Positions 19,890 to 31,411 are shown, counted from the stretch's first letter. The stretch is DNA of 64,000 nucleotides from an uncultured Phycisphaerales bacterium (GCA_963772725.1 CAVYYI010000003.1:1-64000); one strand, 5' to 3'. The notes: generated by a model from the sequence alone, not told the origin. Translations and numbers: made by a program.

Positions 19890-20702
19890 ATGTATAATAG
19901 TAACTTTATAAAAATAACAGGGGCGATTCTTTTGCTGTTTGTTATTGGTACAACGGTATATTCAGAGATTCTAAACCCGAGCTTCGAAATGTACGAGCCA
20001 AACGGCGATTTTAATACACCGCTGGACTGGAATGTAATTAATTACGCAGACGTTGTCCGTTCTTTTATACCTGTGTCGATATACAGCGGTCGGAATATAA
20101 ACTGGCTTACAGACGAGATTACGCCTTATGACGGCAACTCTTTTATTCTACTTTCTACAGGCAATATGGAGCCGGACCCACCATACTCGGAAATTTCCCA
20201 AACAGTTACCTTCAGTGCCGGCCAAAAACTTTCAGGGTACTATTTTTTTGGCACTTATGATTATTTAGACTTTAACGATTACGCTCAAATAATACTTGAG
20301 ACCTCGCTGGACTCAAACCTGCCGGATATTATTGTCGCGGAAGTGAGCGTTTCGGAAGTAGGAGATTTCAACTCGACTGACGGCTGGCAGTATTTCGAGC
20401 ATATTTTTACACAAGAAGACGCCGGAACATACGACCTCGTATTTACTGTTGTGGATATTGGGGACAATATATATCCATCGTTTTTGGCCGCAGATTACCT
20501 TGCTACCTGCGATATTGCGCCGTACGGGGATATAAACACGGATTGCATTGTCGATTTTAAGGATTTTACGCTGTTTGCACAGCACTGGCTGGATTCCTGC
20601 ACGGAGCCGGACTGGTGCGGAAATACGGACTTCGACCAAAGTGGCACCACCGATATATATGATATGGCACTGTTCACGGATTATTGGCTGTGGGGTTATT
20701 AG
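19890..20702 (+). CDS. Secreted protein with a beta-sandwich-like domain and a C-terminal dockerin/EF-hand-like repeat
   Basis: ggagg RBS; signal peptide; ILNPSFE; GDINTDCIVDFKDF...TDFDQSGTTDIYDMALF. Confidence 0.75.
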   Translation: MYNSNFIKITGAILLLFVIGTTVYSEILNPSFEMYEPNGDFNTPLDWNVINYADVVRSFIPVSIYSGRNINWLTDEITPYDGNSFILLSTGNMEPDPPYSEISQTVTFSAGQKLSGYYFFGTYDYLDFNDYAQIILETSLDSNLPDIIVAEVSVSEVGDFNSTDGWQYFEHIFTQEDAGTYDLVFTVVDIGDNIYPSFLAADYLATCDIAPYGDINTDCIVDFKDFTLFAQHWLDSCTEPDWCGNTDFDQSGTTDIYDMALFTDYWLWGY

Positions 20703-20872
20703 GGCAGATAACTCAAGAACAAACATACCGCAATGCAGAAAATATTCGGAAAAAGCAGGAAATCTAAGGGTTGGAGGGGGGAATTTAGAATTTTCCTGAC
20801 ACAGCGGGGGCGGTTTTATGGTATAATTCGTTTATACGGAAAAGTTGCCGTTTTTTGAGTAAGGGTGATGAC

Positions 20873-22498
20873 ATGCCAAATGATAAGAGCCAGAAAGGAA
20901 CTGAATTTGTGTTCTTTTCACTATTCCTGAGCGCATGTTTAATTTTCAGCGCGGCAGGAGATGAACCCAACTGGCAAAAAGAGGATGTCAACTGGCGAGT
21001 CAGCGGCAACGGTCGAATAAGAGTCATACAATATCCCAAAGATAAGCCTGTATTAACCCTCGAAAAGCAAAAGAAACAGACTACAATGCACGCAGCCGGA
21101 TTGACAGCGGCACAATCGCCGAGCGTGCAAGCCGCAGGCCAGCTTTCGGCCATAATAGTTAATTCGCCTCCCATAGACGGATTTGTGCCGTGGATAGTTG
21201 TTCTTACGACAGACAAGCATAACGCAGATGAATTCGTCGCTGCACCAACTGCCACAATAACCGGCAATTACACCGCCTCTGACCCTGAAACCGATTACGC
21301 CATCGGTATCTTCGACAGCGGCGCAAGTATCAATCTGCTGGGTTACTACAGCGCGGAGACACTCGGCATCTTCAACCATGACCCGGATATTGTAACTTCA
21401 AATGCCATCCCAATTTCAGGCGTTACCGGCACAGTTGACGCAAGTGTTACATTTCCGCTTGGAATTTTTATCAGCGGCCTTTCAGCCATCGAACCTGACG
21501 AACGAGTAACTAACACATCAGGCTTTGTTGGTGAGACCAACGTCTCAATAGCCGTCGGACAGTACCCCTCGGGCATACCTGACCTGGCGACGGCAATCGG
21601 TGCGCCTATGTCGGTATATTACACAACTTCGCTTCGTAACGACCAGCCTGTAACCGTCAGCCGCGGCGGCGAAAGTTACACGGCACCAAAAATAACATTC
21701 TACCAGCAGGATGACCCATGCATACCTGTTTATAACAATTCCATTCCGCTGGAACTGCGTCCTCTCGGAGGCGCTTCCGTACAATACGTCGCGTATGACA
21801 TCGACCCTGAAACTTTCGAATACATTCCCTCCATTCCTTCTACTATCGTTGGAAACCTGTCTCAAAGCCTGTTTTTTGTGAGCAGCATCGACATCTTTGA
21901 AGGAAGTGAAAGCTCTATCGACAAAGACCGTTTTATGCTGGATACAGGCGCACAGATTTCGGTTGTCGGCAAAAGAATCGCAGCACGTTTAGCTCTGGAT
22001 ATTTATAATCCGGAATTTGAGGTGGAAATCGAGGGTGTAAACGGCGACACGATAATCGCACCGGGCTTCTACATCGACCTGATTAAAATCCCAACTCTCG
22101 GCCAAAGACTGTCATTCACAAATGTGCCGGTTGTCCTGCTTGATGTTTTTTCACCGGAGGGTGGCACGCTCGATGGAATCATAGGAATGAATATGTTTAC
22201 GGATTTCAACCTGCTGCTGCGTGGAGGCGGATTATTCTTACAGGATGATCCAGCTCTCGATTTTGAATATCTGGGTCAGAGCATTGTCGGCGATATTGCC
22301 CCATCGGGCGGAGACGGAACGGTGAACTACCTCGACCTCGAAGCGTTCATGCGGGCGTGGCAGGCAACTTCATCGCCGGTTTCGGACAACTGGAATCCGC
22401 TTTGCGACTTTGCACCACAAACGGGCAGGGATGGCGTTATCGATTTTCTCGATTTTGCGGTATTTGCGCAGCATTGGTTCGAAAATGTCACGCTGTGA
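20873..22498 (+). CDS. Secreted aspartic protease with two retropepsin-like domains and a C-terminal dockerin-like domain
   Basis: IFDSGAS and MLDTGAQ motifs, each followed by a hydrophobic-hydrophobic-Gly motif (AIG, IIG); GDIAP..GDGTVNYLDL...DGVIDFLDF tail. Confidence 0.8.
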   Translation: MPNDKSQKGTEFVFFSLFLSACLIFSAAGDEPNWQKEDVNWRVSGNGRIRVIQYPKDKPVLTLEKQKKQTTMHAAGLTAAQSPSVQAAGQLSAIIVNSPPIDGFVPWIVVLTTDKHNADEFVAAPTATITGNYTASDPETDYAIGIFDSGASINLLGYYSAETLGIFNHDPDIVTSNAIPISGVTGTVDASVTFPLGIFISGLSAIEPDERVTNTSGFVGETNVSIAVGQYPSGIPDLATAIGAPMSVYYTTSLRNDQPVTVSRGGESYTAPKITFYQQDDPCIPVYNNSIPLELRPLGGASVQYVAYDIDPETFEYIPSIPSTIVGNLSQSLFFVSSIDIFEGSESSIDKDRFMLDTGAQISVVGKRIAARLALDIYNPEFEVEIEGVNGDTIIAPGFYIDLIKIPTLGQRLSFTNVPVVLLDVFSPEGGTLDGIIGMNMFTDFNLLLRGGGLFLQDDPALDFEYLGQSIVGDIAPSGGDGTVNYLDLEAFMRAWQATSSPVSDNWNPLCDFAPQTGRDGVIDFLDFAVFAQHWFENVTL

Positions 22499-22632
22499 AG
22501 CTGCTTATAAAAAACGCGCCCGAGGGCCGCAGCAGACAGCTTTAACAAAAGAACATAGAAAACTTTGCACTACTTGTTTTAAAAATAGCGAACAACGAGC
22601 TCAAAACTTAACGCTCAAACCTCAAAACTATT

Positions 22633-22661
22633 TTGACATCCTGCTGAAATACTAATATCAT
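22633..22661 (+). promoter_or_regulatory. Sigma70 promoter of waaA
   Basis: TTGACA-N17-TATCAT. Confidence 0.65.
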
Positions 22662-22709
22662 TTATGTTTTCAGGATATTTATATCGTTTTGGCAGGATGT
22701 GAAATAAAG

Positions 22710-24015
22710 ATGAAGCTCGTTCTCAACCTGTTATATTTACTGGCTGTTCCGATACTTTGCCCGCTTGTGTTGTATCGAATGTTCAGATATAACCGCTACC
22801 GCGGGGGATGGGCGAACCGTTTTGGCAGAATCGTTCGCAAAAGCCCCGAAAAAAAATGTGTCTGGATACACGCTGTAAGTGTCGGTGAGGTCAACGCCGC
22901 CAAAACGCTCGTTAAGGAACTCGAAAAGAGGTTCGGTAATTTTGAAATCATTATAAGCACAACCACCGATACCGGTTTTGCCAGGGCGAAAGCGGTTTTT
23001 TCGCCGGAGCATTGCGTATTTTATTTTCCGCTGGATTTTTCATGGACGATAAATCGCGCATTTTCGGAATATCCGCCCAGCTGCATGCCTGCTGATGGAA
23101 CTGGAGGTTTGGCCCAATTTTGTCACTGTGGCAAAACAGTTGAATGTCCCGGTTGTCGTGGTCAATGGGAGGATAAGCGACAGAGGTTTTGCGAGGTATC
23201 AGAAGGTAAGGCCTCTTGTCAAAAAAATATTTGGTGGTTTAAGCCTTGTACTTGTGCAAACGGAAGAATATACTCAAAGATTCGCAGGGCTTGGCGTAAA
23301 AAAAGAAGATATTGTCGTTACTGGGTCACTGAAATACGATACCGCTCAAGTCGCTGACAAAATAGACGGGGCGGCGGAGTTAACCAAACAGTTAAATCTT
23401 GAAGGTAAAAGATTGTGGGTCGCGGGTGGAACGGGCGACGATGAAGAGACGCTGCTGCTTGACGCGTACCGCAATCTCCAGCAGCAGAAACGCTTCTCGG
23501 ATTTACGTCTTGCAATTGTGCCGCGCAAGCCCGAACGATTCAACGAGACTGCACAGATGATAAAGCAAAAAGGCTTCGCCCTGATTCGTTATAGCGAGGT
23601 AAAAAAATTATCGTCGCCACCAATGCTCGATAACCAGGCGGTAATTCTGGGCGATACGATGGGCGACCTGAGGAAATTTTATTCGCTGGCGACGGTGATA
23701 TTTGTTGGCAGGTCACTGGTGCCAATGGGCGGCTCGGATATGATGGAAGCGGCCGCTTTGGGTAAATGCACTATTTTCGGGCCTTACGCATTTAACTTCA
23801 AGCAAACCGTGGATGAACTGCTGGCTGGTAACGGCGCAATTATGGTTAAAGACAAAAAGGAACTTCAGGACATGCTGGAGAAATGTCTTAGCGAACCCGA
23901 TTTCTCGCGTGAAATCGCACACAACGGTCGAGAAGTAATAATAAAAAATCAGGGAGCAACGCTGCGAAGTATTGAGAATATCTCGAAATTTTTGGAAATA
24001 GGGTTTAGGGGGTAG
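22710..24015 (+). CDS. waaA: Kdo transferase; frameshift near 23065
   Basis: WIHAVSVGE, STTTDTG, YFPLD, ELEVWPN, VNGRIS, TGSLKYD, VPRKPERF, GDTMGDL. Confidence 0.92.
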
Positions 24016-24056
24016 GTTTCAGGGTATAGTGTTTTATGTATAGCGGTACAAAATTT

Positions 24057-26639
24057 TTATGAAAAGAAACAAACGACTCTTTGAGAAAGGACATCGCACA
24101 TAATCTGCAACTGGCTGGCTTCCGTTTCATAAACTTTAACAACATCAGCGTACCTGGCGCTTTGGGGGACAAAATCTGTCAGAAGATTAGGCGTTTGGGC
24201 AAACCAGTCTTTGTTAAATACCACATTTTCTGTTCGCGGGAAAATGGCGACGTAAAAAATATCAGTCTCAACAAGGTCCTGGAAGAAATGCGTCCCGAAG
24301 GAAAGCTCAGGCATTAAATTACCGCCCTCATAAGCAATTTCGACCAATACCGCTATGTTATTAATCTCGGCGAAGTTGACTGGCACTCCGAGACTGGGCG
24401 TAGTTGTTCCCCATCTTCCCGGCCCAAACAAAATGGCGGGTTTTACTTCTCTGCTTATTATCTGCCTGTTGAGAGTCCCAATGAGTCTGGCGATATCATA
24501 TTTTTGCGAGAGCGGCAGTTGAAGATATGCCTCCGGTTCGACATAAATAACTCTTTTCAAGGTCTGTGAAATGCTTCCGCCCATGGTGTAGCCGTAAGAT
24601 TGAAAGAGAATTTTCCCCTGTTGAATTTTTTCAGGTATTTGTATGTTCGGTCTTAATCCTTTGGTCTGCAAAGGTCTGCATTGCACAAGATTAATTTTAT
24701 ACCTGCCGTCTTTTGTGAAATTGGCGGTAAATTCGACATCGACAGGATAGTTGTAATAATTGTCCAAAGTCTTAAGCATTTTTTGCATAGTCTGCGGAAA
24801 ATCTGTTTCAGATAAAAGTTTCTCAAAAGTAAGTATCCAGATATGAGCGGCTTTTGAACTTATTTCTCTCATTTTCTGTTCGGCCTGTGGGTCAGGGGTT
24901 GCTATCAAATCCAGCCTTACATCAAGGTTTTGGTCGAGTAAGTCAAGCACGCCGACAGTTTTGAGGCTATTTTCCTTGGTATCGAGCAGGTCAATATTAT
25001 GCTGAGAAAATTTCATAACATCGTCCGCATCAGAATATGGACGCAGCAGCGGCTGGTCAAGTGCTATAGTTTGAGGATAATCATCTTCGACGCGGTCAAC
25101 AGCTCTTGTACCAAGTCCGAAAACAAGTCGAATCATACCGGCTTTGGGGTCAAGATTTGGTTTCCATACGAAAGTATTATACGAGGCACCGACTCCGGCG
25201 AGGTCAGGGAAAAAGTAGTGTTTCTTATATGAGCCTGAAACTCTCTGAACAAGCAACGCCATTTGTTCATCCTGCTGGTCAAGGCTTCTCTGCAGGCGAT
25301 ACGTAAGAGCATCTTCATCCATAGTGCTCGCGTACACTCTTCGGACTGCCTCTTCAAAAAGTGCGTAACGCAGTTCGGGGTCTCCCTGGTTGACAAGAAA
25401 GATGCTTTCATATTTGCCGGCAAAAGCGTTTCCGAAAGCGTCTTCGAGCAAACTGCTTGAGCGAACGATTATCGGAGACTGGCCAAAATATTCAATCATT
25501 TCGCGAAAACGTTCTCTTATCTCCTCCGGAAATTTGCCTCTCAGTAGATTTTCTTTCATTACGGGGGCGACTTTGAAATAGCCGTCTTTTGTTTTTTGCT
25601 CCATGAGAAGTTTCCACCAGCCGTTTTCAACTATGTAGCTGTAAAAGACATCGGAGCCTACATAAAACGAATCATGAGGCTCTAATTTTTGTCCCCAGTC
25701 GATGGAATTATCCATGGAGAGGATTTTTTGTGCCAAAAGCATTCCCACAGCTTTACCACCGATGAAGCCGCTTCCAATCAGCCTGTTCTTGATATTGAGA
25801 AGGTCTTCAAGAGCGAAACTTTTCTGGGCAAGTTCTGAAATTCTTTTTTCCCTGCCAATCATTACTCTGCACAACTGTATAACCATTTCATTAATTTCCG
25901 AAGAATCCCGCGGCAAGGTCAACAGGGTCTCCGCATTCATAAAAAGGCGGTCCCAATAATCCAGATTTCTCACTGAGCCGTCGAGTCCCTTTTCGGTGAT
26001 ATGCGAGAAAAGTTTGGCGGCGTCCATACTGCTGACGAGAGGTGAAAAATTCTCGCCCTGCTGCAAATGCGGAAGGAACATAGTCGGGGAATAACGATTC
26101 CAGACTTTCAAGGGATGGACGTATAAACTGCCTTCGAAATCGTAAACATCCAGCAGCAACTGCGTGGTTTCACGGATGCGGGCGATAGTTTTGAAAGAAT
26201 GATGATTTCGCAAAATCGCAAAATAGGCGATAGTATCAAGCTCGAAAAGGTAAGGACACGTAACCTTAAAGAAATTGCCAATCATCAGGTCGGTAGCCCA
26301 GGCAAAAAGCAAATCGGAAAGACAATCGAAGACATAATATGCTTCGGGGCCGGCCAAAGAAATTATGGCGTGAACATGAGTGGAAAAAGGTTCAAAACCG
26401 GAGGTCGCATCCAGATGGTAAATGGTAACATTGGGCTGATTGGTGATAAGCGGCTCATGCTGGGCGAATCGCATATAGACGATTTTACGTTTGTCCCGTA
26501 TGGCCTTATCTATATAAGGAGTAACGAAATGCCTGTAATCCTCCACGCTGTCAACCTGCCAGACAACGTTATCGCCCTTTTTAAGATTGCAGAGTATTCC
26601 ATCGAGACCTTTGAGGCCTGTACTTGCCCATTCAGTCAT
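24057..26639 (-). CDS. PEP-synthase/PPDK N-terminal (ATP-grasp) domain protein with an N-terminal degenerate KaiC/RecA-like region
   Basis: IGGKA, IVRSSS, EDAFGNAFAG, LVQRV, GLGTRAV, DVEF, QCRP, GPGRWG, SFGTHFF; N-terminus ASTGLKGLDGIL. Confidence 0.75.
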   Translation of the reverse strand: MTEWASTGLKGLDGILCNLKKGDNVVWQVDSVEDYRHFVTPYIDKAIRDKRKIVYMRFAQHEPLITNQPNVTIYHLDATSGFEPFSTHVHAIISLAGPEAYYVFDCLSDLLFAWATDLMIGNFFKVTCPYLFELDTIAYFAILRNHHSFKTIARIRETTQLLLDVYDFEGSLYVHPLKVWNRYSPTMFLPHLQQGENFSPLVSSMDAAKLFSHITEKGLDGSVRNLDYWDRLFMNAETLLTLPRDSSEINEMVIQLCRVMIGREKRISELAQKSFALEDLLNIKNRLIGSGFIGGKAVGMLLAQKILSMDNSIDWGQKLEPHDSFYVGSDVFYSYIVENGWWKLLMEQKTKDGYFKVAPVMKENLLRGKFPEEIRERFREMIEYFGQSPIIVRSSSLLEDAFGNAFAGKYESIFLVNQGDPELRYALFEEAVRRVYASTMDEDALTYRLQRSLDQQDEQMALLVQRVSGSYKKHYFFPDLAGVGASYNTFVWKPNLDPKAGMIRLVFGLGTRAVDRVEDDYPQTIALDQPLLRPYSDADDVMKFSQHNIDLLDTKENSLKTVGVLDLLDQNLDVRLDLIATPDPQAEQKMREISSKAAHIWILTFEKLLSETDFPQTMQKMLKTLDNYYNYPVDVEFTANFTKDGRYKINLVQCRPLQTKGLRPNIQIPEKIQQGKILFQSYGYTMGGSISQTLKRVIYVEPEAYLQLPLSQKYDIARLIGTLNRQIISREVKPAILFGPGRWGTTTPSLGVPVNFAEINNIAVLVEIAYEGGNLMPELSFGTHFFQDLVETDIFYVAIFPRTENVVFNKDWFAQTPNLLTDFVPQSARYADVVKVYETEASQLQIMCDVLSQRVVCFFS

Positions 26640-26642
26640 TTT

Positions 26643-28219
26643 TTAGCCTTTCCTGATACAATATTTTTTACAATCGATTCCGAGTTCTTTTACTTTATAC
26701 CCGATTATCCTGGGGGTGGTTTTGAGGTCTCGGGCAGCGGCTGCAATATTGCCGTTACAGCGTTTCAGGGCGTCTATGATTATATCGCGTTCAAACAGAT
26801 TTACTTTCTCCTCAAAAGAACCTGTGCCTATGGTATCTGATGAATCCGAGGTTTGCAGTGTCGGGGGAAGGTGATGGGCATGAATAACGCCGTCATCGCT
26901 GAGCAGTACCGCTCTTTCAATGCAGTTTTCGAGTTCGCGGACATTGCCGGGCCAGTGGTAGGCAACCATCATATTTATTGCCGGTGTACTGATTCGGCGA
27001 ACATCCCTATTCATCTTTTTGGCATATTTCTCGACAAAGAAATCCGCTAACAAAAGAATATCATCTTTGCGTGCCCGGAGCGGAGGCAGAAAAATTGGAA
27101 AGACATTAATTCTATAATAGAGGTCCTGACGAAACAGACCCTGCCTGACAGCCTCTTCCAAATCACGGTTGGTGGCAACTAAAATTCTGGCATCAGTTTC
27201 GACGCTAAGATTGCTGCCGACACGCTCGAATCGGCGTTCCTGAAGCACGCGGAGGAGTTTGACCTGAGTGGCTACTGAGAAATCTCCTATCTCGTCGAGA
27301 AATAATGTTCCCCTGTTCGCCTCTTCAAGACGTCCTTTACGGCTTTGTATGGCACCTGTGAAGGCGCCTTTTTCATGGCCGAAAAGTTCGCTTTCCAGAA
27401 GGTTTTCGTTTAACGCGGCACAGTTTACCTTAATGAACGAACCCTTTGCGCGGGGACTGGAATAATGTACGGCGTGAGCAACCAGTTCCTTGCCTGTACC
27501 CGATTCGCCGCGAATAAGGACAGTAGTATCACTGGCAGCGACCTGATAAATCTGCCGATAGACATCCCGCATATTACTGGAGTTGCCTATAATGTTTTCG
27601 GGGCGAAACCTGTCTTCAAGCTCGTTACGCAATCGAAGATTTTCATCTTCAAGTTCCCGTCGCCGAATAGCGGCCTCACGCCTGGACCTTACATCATTTG
27701 CAACCATACTGGCCACAATACTCAGAACTCGCAAATCCTCATCGAGGGGCTCTGTTTCTTTGAAAGGCATATCTACTGAGATTGCGCCTATTACTTCCTG
27801 CCCGATAGAAATAGGAACACAAATAAAACTTATATCTTCTTTTGTAACGTTCCATCTTTCGAAACGATTCAGAAAGAGCGGTTCCTTTGAAACTTTCGGG
27901 ACAACCATGGCTTTGCCGGTCTGCATAACTTTGCCGGTTACACCCTCACCCATCCGATAACGTATTTTACGACTATGCTCTTCTGATAAATTATGCACAA
28001 CTTCAATCATAATTTCTTTACCATCCGGTGAAAGAAGCGTTACAGTGCCTCTATTCATTCCAAGTTCCACATCAGCGCTGCGAGTACCTCGGCAAGCCCT
28101 CTCTTCTGCTGCTTGCCGCTGGCGAGAACATGACTTATTCCGTAAAGAGTTTCCAGTTCCCTGGCATGCCTTGGTATATGCGATAACGAATTATACAACT
28201 CAGGATTTTTATTAGTCAT
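26643..28219 (-). CDS. NifA-like sigma54-dependent activator (GAF-AAA+-HTH); frameshift near 28072
   Basis: GAF (GEGVTGKV...SFICVPI), GESGTGKE, ESELFGHEKGAFTGA, FLDEIG, WPGNVRELEN and a Fis-type HTH. Upstream frame starts MTNKNPEL at 28219. Confidence 0.9.
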
Positions 28220-28264
28220 AACTTAACATTCCTATATAAAAAATTAGCCTATTTACATTATATT

Positions 28265-28304
28265 ACAAAATTGTCGTATACCATCATCAAAATTACAAAT
28301 ATGT
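28265..28304. promoter_or_regulatory. Paired palindromic ACA-N4-TGT sites (putative enhancer)
   Basis: acaaaattgt at 28265-28274 and acaaatatgt at 28295-28304; 30-bp period. Confidence 0.55.
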
Positions 28305-28520
28305 AGTATAAGGATTTCTTGTCAAGAACAATCCTGACATAACCTATTGCACAATCAATAGTTATACATAATAGCTTCTATCAGGACAACTTTTAAAAAG
28401 TCATTTATAAAACCATTTTTCAGGCCATATGAATCATAAATTGGGTGAAATGCCGATATATTTCAATAAGGGTAAAACTGTATCATATTATAATACATAG
28501 ACTTAGAAAAAATATTTTTT

Positions 28521-28537
28521 CTGGTATATCCTTTGCA
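28521..28537 (+). promoter_or_regulatory. Sigma54 (-24/-12) promoter
   Basis: cTGGtatatccttTGCa: GG-N10-GC. Confidence 0.7.
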
Positions 28538-28582
28538 TATATAAAATGCGGTTAGGAATATTTAACAATTAAAAACAGAAAG

Positions 28583-29350
28583 GTGATTATTGTGAACAAA
28601 AGATGGCTTTTGATTGTCGGTATAAATGTTCTGCTGTTGTGTACGACCAATATTTTCGCATCAGATGAGCTTGGCGTCGGTTTTACGGCAGATTATTTCA
28701 GCAAGTACATCTGGCGAGGCCAAAACCTGAACAACCACAGTGTATTTCAGCCTTCAATATCTTTAAGCAAGTACGGTTTTACCGGCAGTATCTGGGGCAA
28801 TCAGGAATGGACAAATGTCAATGACAATTCCGGTAATTTTACAGAGTTCGACTACTCGCTCGATTATACAAATACAATACCAGGCATTGACTGGTTGAGC
28901 GGTTCGGTCGGTGTACTCTATTACACATTTCCGCATACTACATTTCAAAGCACTACGGAAGTTTATGGCGGGCTAAGCCTGACTAATGTGCCGTTTAGCC
29001 CGTCAATCAGGTTATACCGCGATGTCGATGAATACAAGGGGACTTATTATCAGTTCAGCGTCGGCCATACGATTGAAAAGATACACAAGTGGAATGAGCA
29101 GTGCTACTGCGACCTTGCGCTCGGTGCCAGCATTGGATACGGCAACTCCGCGTACAACAAGGGATATGCTCTTGCAGATGATGCAAAATTCAACGATTTG
29201 ACACTATCGCTGGGGCTGCCTGTTTGTTACGGAAAATGGATGATTAAGCCAAGCATAAATTATGCGACAATGCTCAGTGATGATGTGCGAATGAACACCG
29301 CCAAAAGCGACAATTTCTGGGTAGGCTTGGGAGTATCGACAAGCTTTTAG
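28583..29350 (+). CDS. Outer-membrane beta-barrel, TorF/Gcw_chp-like putative porin
   Basis: Signal peptide; SKYIWRG, EFDYSLDY, YYTFP, TEVYGGL; C-terminal Phe. Confidence 0.7.
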   Translation: MIIVNKRWLLIVGINVLLLCTTNIFASDELGVGFTADYFSKYIWRGQNLNNHSVFQPSISLSKYGFTGSIWGNQEWTNVNDNSGNFTEFDYSLDYTNTIPGIDWLSGSVGVLYYTFPHTTFQSTTEVYGGLSLTNVPFSPSIRLYRDVDEYKGTYYQFSVGHTIEKIHKWNEQCYCDLALGASIGYGNSAYNKGYALADDAKFNDLTLSLGLPVCYGKWMIKPSINYATMLSDDVRMNTAKSDNFWVGLGVSTSF

Positions 29351-29476
29351 CTACGGAAAAGTGACAAATCTACAAAGCATTATATATCCTTAAATCTTCT
29401 GAAGTCAATTTCAGGCCGCAGCAACCTCGCCTTGAGGTGCATCAGCCGCCTGCGATAAACGATATTAATAATATTT

Positions 29477-29516
29477 ACAAAATTGTTCTTTAAGTTTAAA
29501 CAAATAACAATTTTGT
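29477..29516. promoter_or_regulatory. Paired palindromic ACA-N4-TGT sites (putative enhancer)
   Basis: acaaaattgt at 29477-29486 and acaattttgt at 29507-29516; 30-bp period. Confidence 0.55.
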
Positions 29517-29606
29517 CGCGTATCTTGTTATGAGTGTTTTTTGATTAAACGCTGTAACCTTCTGTAAATAAACATCTTATATAAAAGCATTTTGTTTTTT
29601 TTAAAA

Positions 29607-29623
29607 CTGGCACGATTATTGCG
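29607..29623 (+). promoter_or_regulatory. Sigma54 promoter of amtB-glnK-glnA
   Basis: cTGGCACGattatTGCg, near-consensus. Confidence 0.88.
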
Positions 29624-29689
29624 ATATTACCCTCCTGTAAGGAATTGAATGTATTTGAGCAGACAACTTATTTTCAGGAGAAACAAAAG

Positions 29690-31023
29690 ATGTTTACTAA
29701 AAGAAGAATGGCAGCAGTAATCGCTTTAGTCATCGCGGTTTTGCCGGCAGTTAAGGCATTGGCAGAGAATATTTCATCACAGGCGGCTTCTGTCAAAATT
29801 GACACCGGAGATACCGCGTGGGTGCTTATATCGACAGCTTTAGTGATGCTTATGACACCGGGATTAGCGTTCTTCTATGGCGGTCTTGTGAGGCGTAAAA
29901 ATATATTAGGCATTTTTATGCAATGCTTTATAGCGTTAGCGGTACTGAGTTTGCAATGGGTATTGTTCGGTTACAGTCTCGCGTTTGGGCAGGGGAAAGG
30001 ATTCTGGGGCGGGTTACAATGGTTCGGATTAAATGGGGTGGGCGCAGAACCTTATGCTGCTTATGCCTCAACAATTCCGCACAGCGTATTTATGATTTTC
30101 CAGGCGATGTTCGCGGTGATTACACCGGCATTGATTATTGGCGCATTTGCCGAAAGAATGAAATTTTCAGCTTTTTTGATATTTACGGTGTTGTGGGCGA
30201 CATTTGTGTACGACCCAATCGCGCACTGGGTCTGGGGCGATGGCGGCTGGTTGAAGAGTCTTGGCGCACTTGATTTCGCAGGCGGAACGGTGGTTCATAT
30301 AAACGCTGGTATCGCGGCATTAGTAACGGCCATCGTAATCGGCAAAAGAAAATGTTACGACAAGCATCCGACCGCGCCGCATAATCTGCCGTTCAGCGCA
30401 TTGGGAGCAGCGTTATTGTGGTTCGGATGGTTCGGATTTAACGCCGGAAGCGCATTAGGGGCAAATGGTCTGGCGGCAAGCGCTTTTATTGCCACCAATA
30501 CAGCGGCGGCGGCGGCAGCATTATGCTGGGCGTTCTCGACTGGATATTTAATGGCAAACCAACAATGCTCGGAACCATAAGCGGTGCGGTTGCGGGATTA
30601 GTGGCTATTACGCCGGCGGCAGGTTATGTCGGACCATGTTCAGCAATAATGATTGGCTTGCTCGCAAGCGCATTTTGCTTTATCGCGGTAGGATTTCTAA
30701 AGCACAAGTTCGGTTACGATGATTCATTGGACGCCTTTGGCGTTCATGGTATAGGCGGTATCTTCGGGGCTTTGGCAACGGGATTATTCGCCACCAAAGC
30801 AATCAATGAAAGCGGCGCAAACGGTTTGTTTTTCGGGAATCCTCGTCAGCTTTGGGTGCAGTTTATCGCGGTTGCTGTAACGACGGTTTACGCGTTGATT
30901 GTAACGCTGATTATATACAAAGTGGTGGATATAATTGTTGGTGTACGAGTCGTCGAGGAAGATGAGGCAATAGGTCTCGACCTTACTCAGCACAATGAAC
31001 GGGCTTATACAATGTTGGAATAA
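29690..31023 (+). CDS. amtB: Ammonium transporter; frameshift near 30530
   Basis: [62 protein letters not shown]. Confidence 0.95.
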
Positions 31024-31052
31024 TCAATAAGACTAATGAAAGGAAATCTATT

Positions 31053-31395
<343 letters not shown>

Positions 31396-31411
31396 TTTAA
31401 ATTACTGACTT

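Noticed and set aside
26643..28219. Calling the activator nifA / nitrogen fixation
   Set aside because: No nif genes are present, and the candidate sites are ACA-N4-TGT rather than TGT-N10-ACA.
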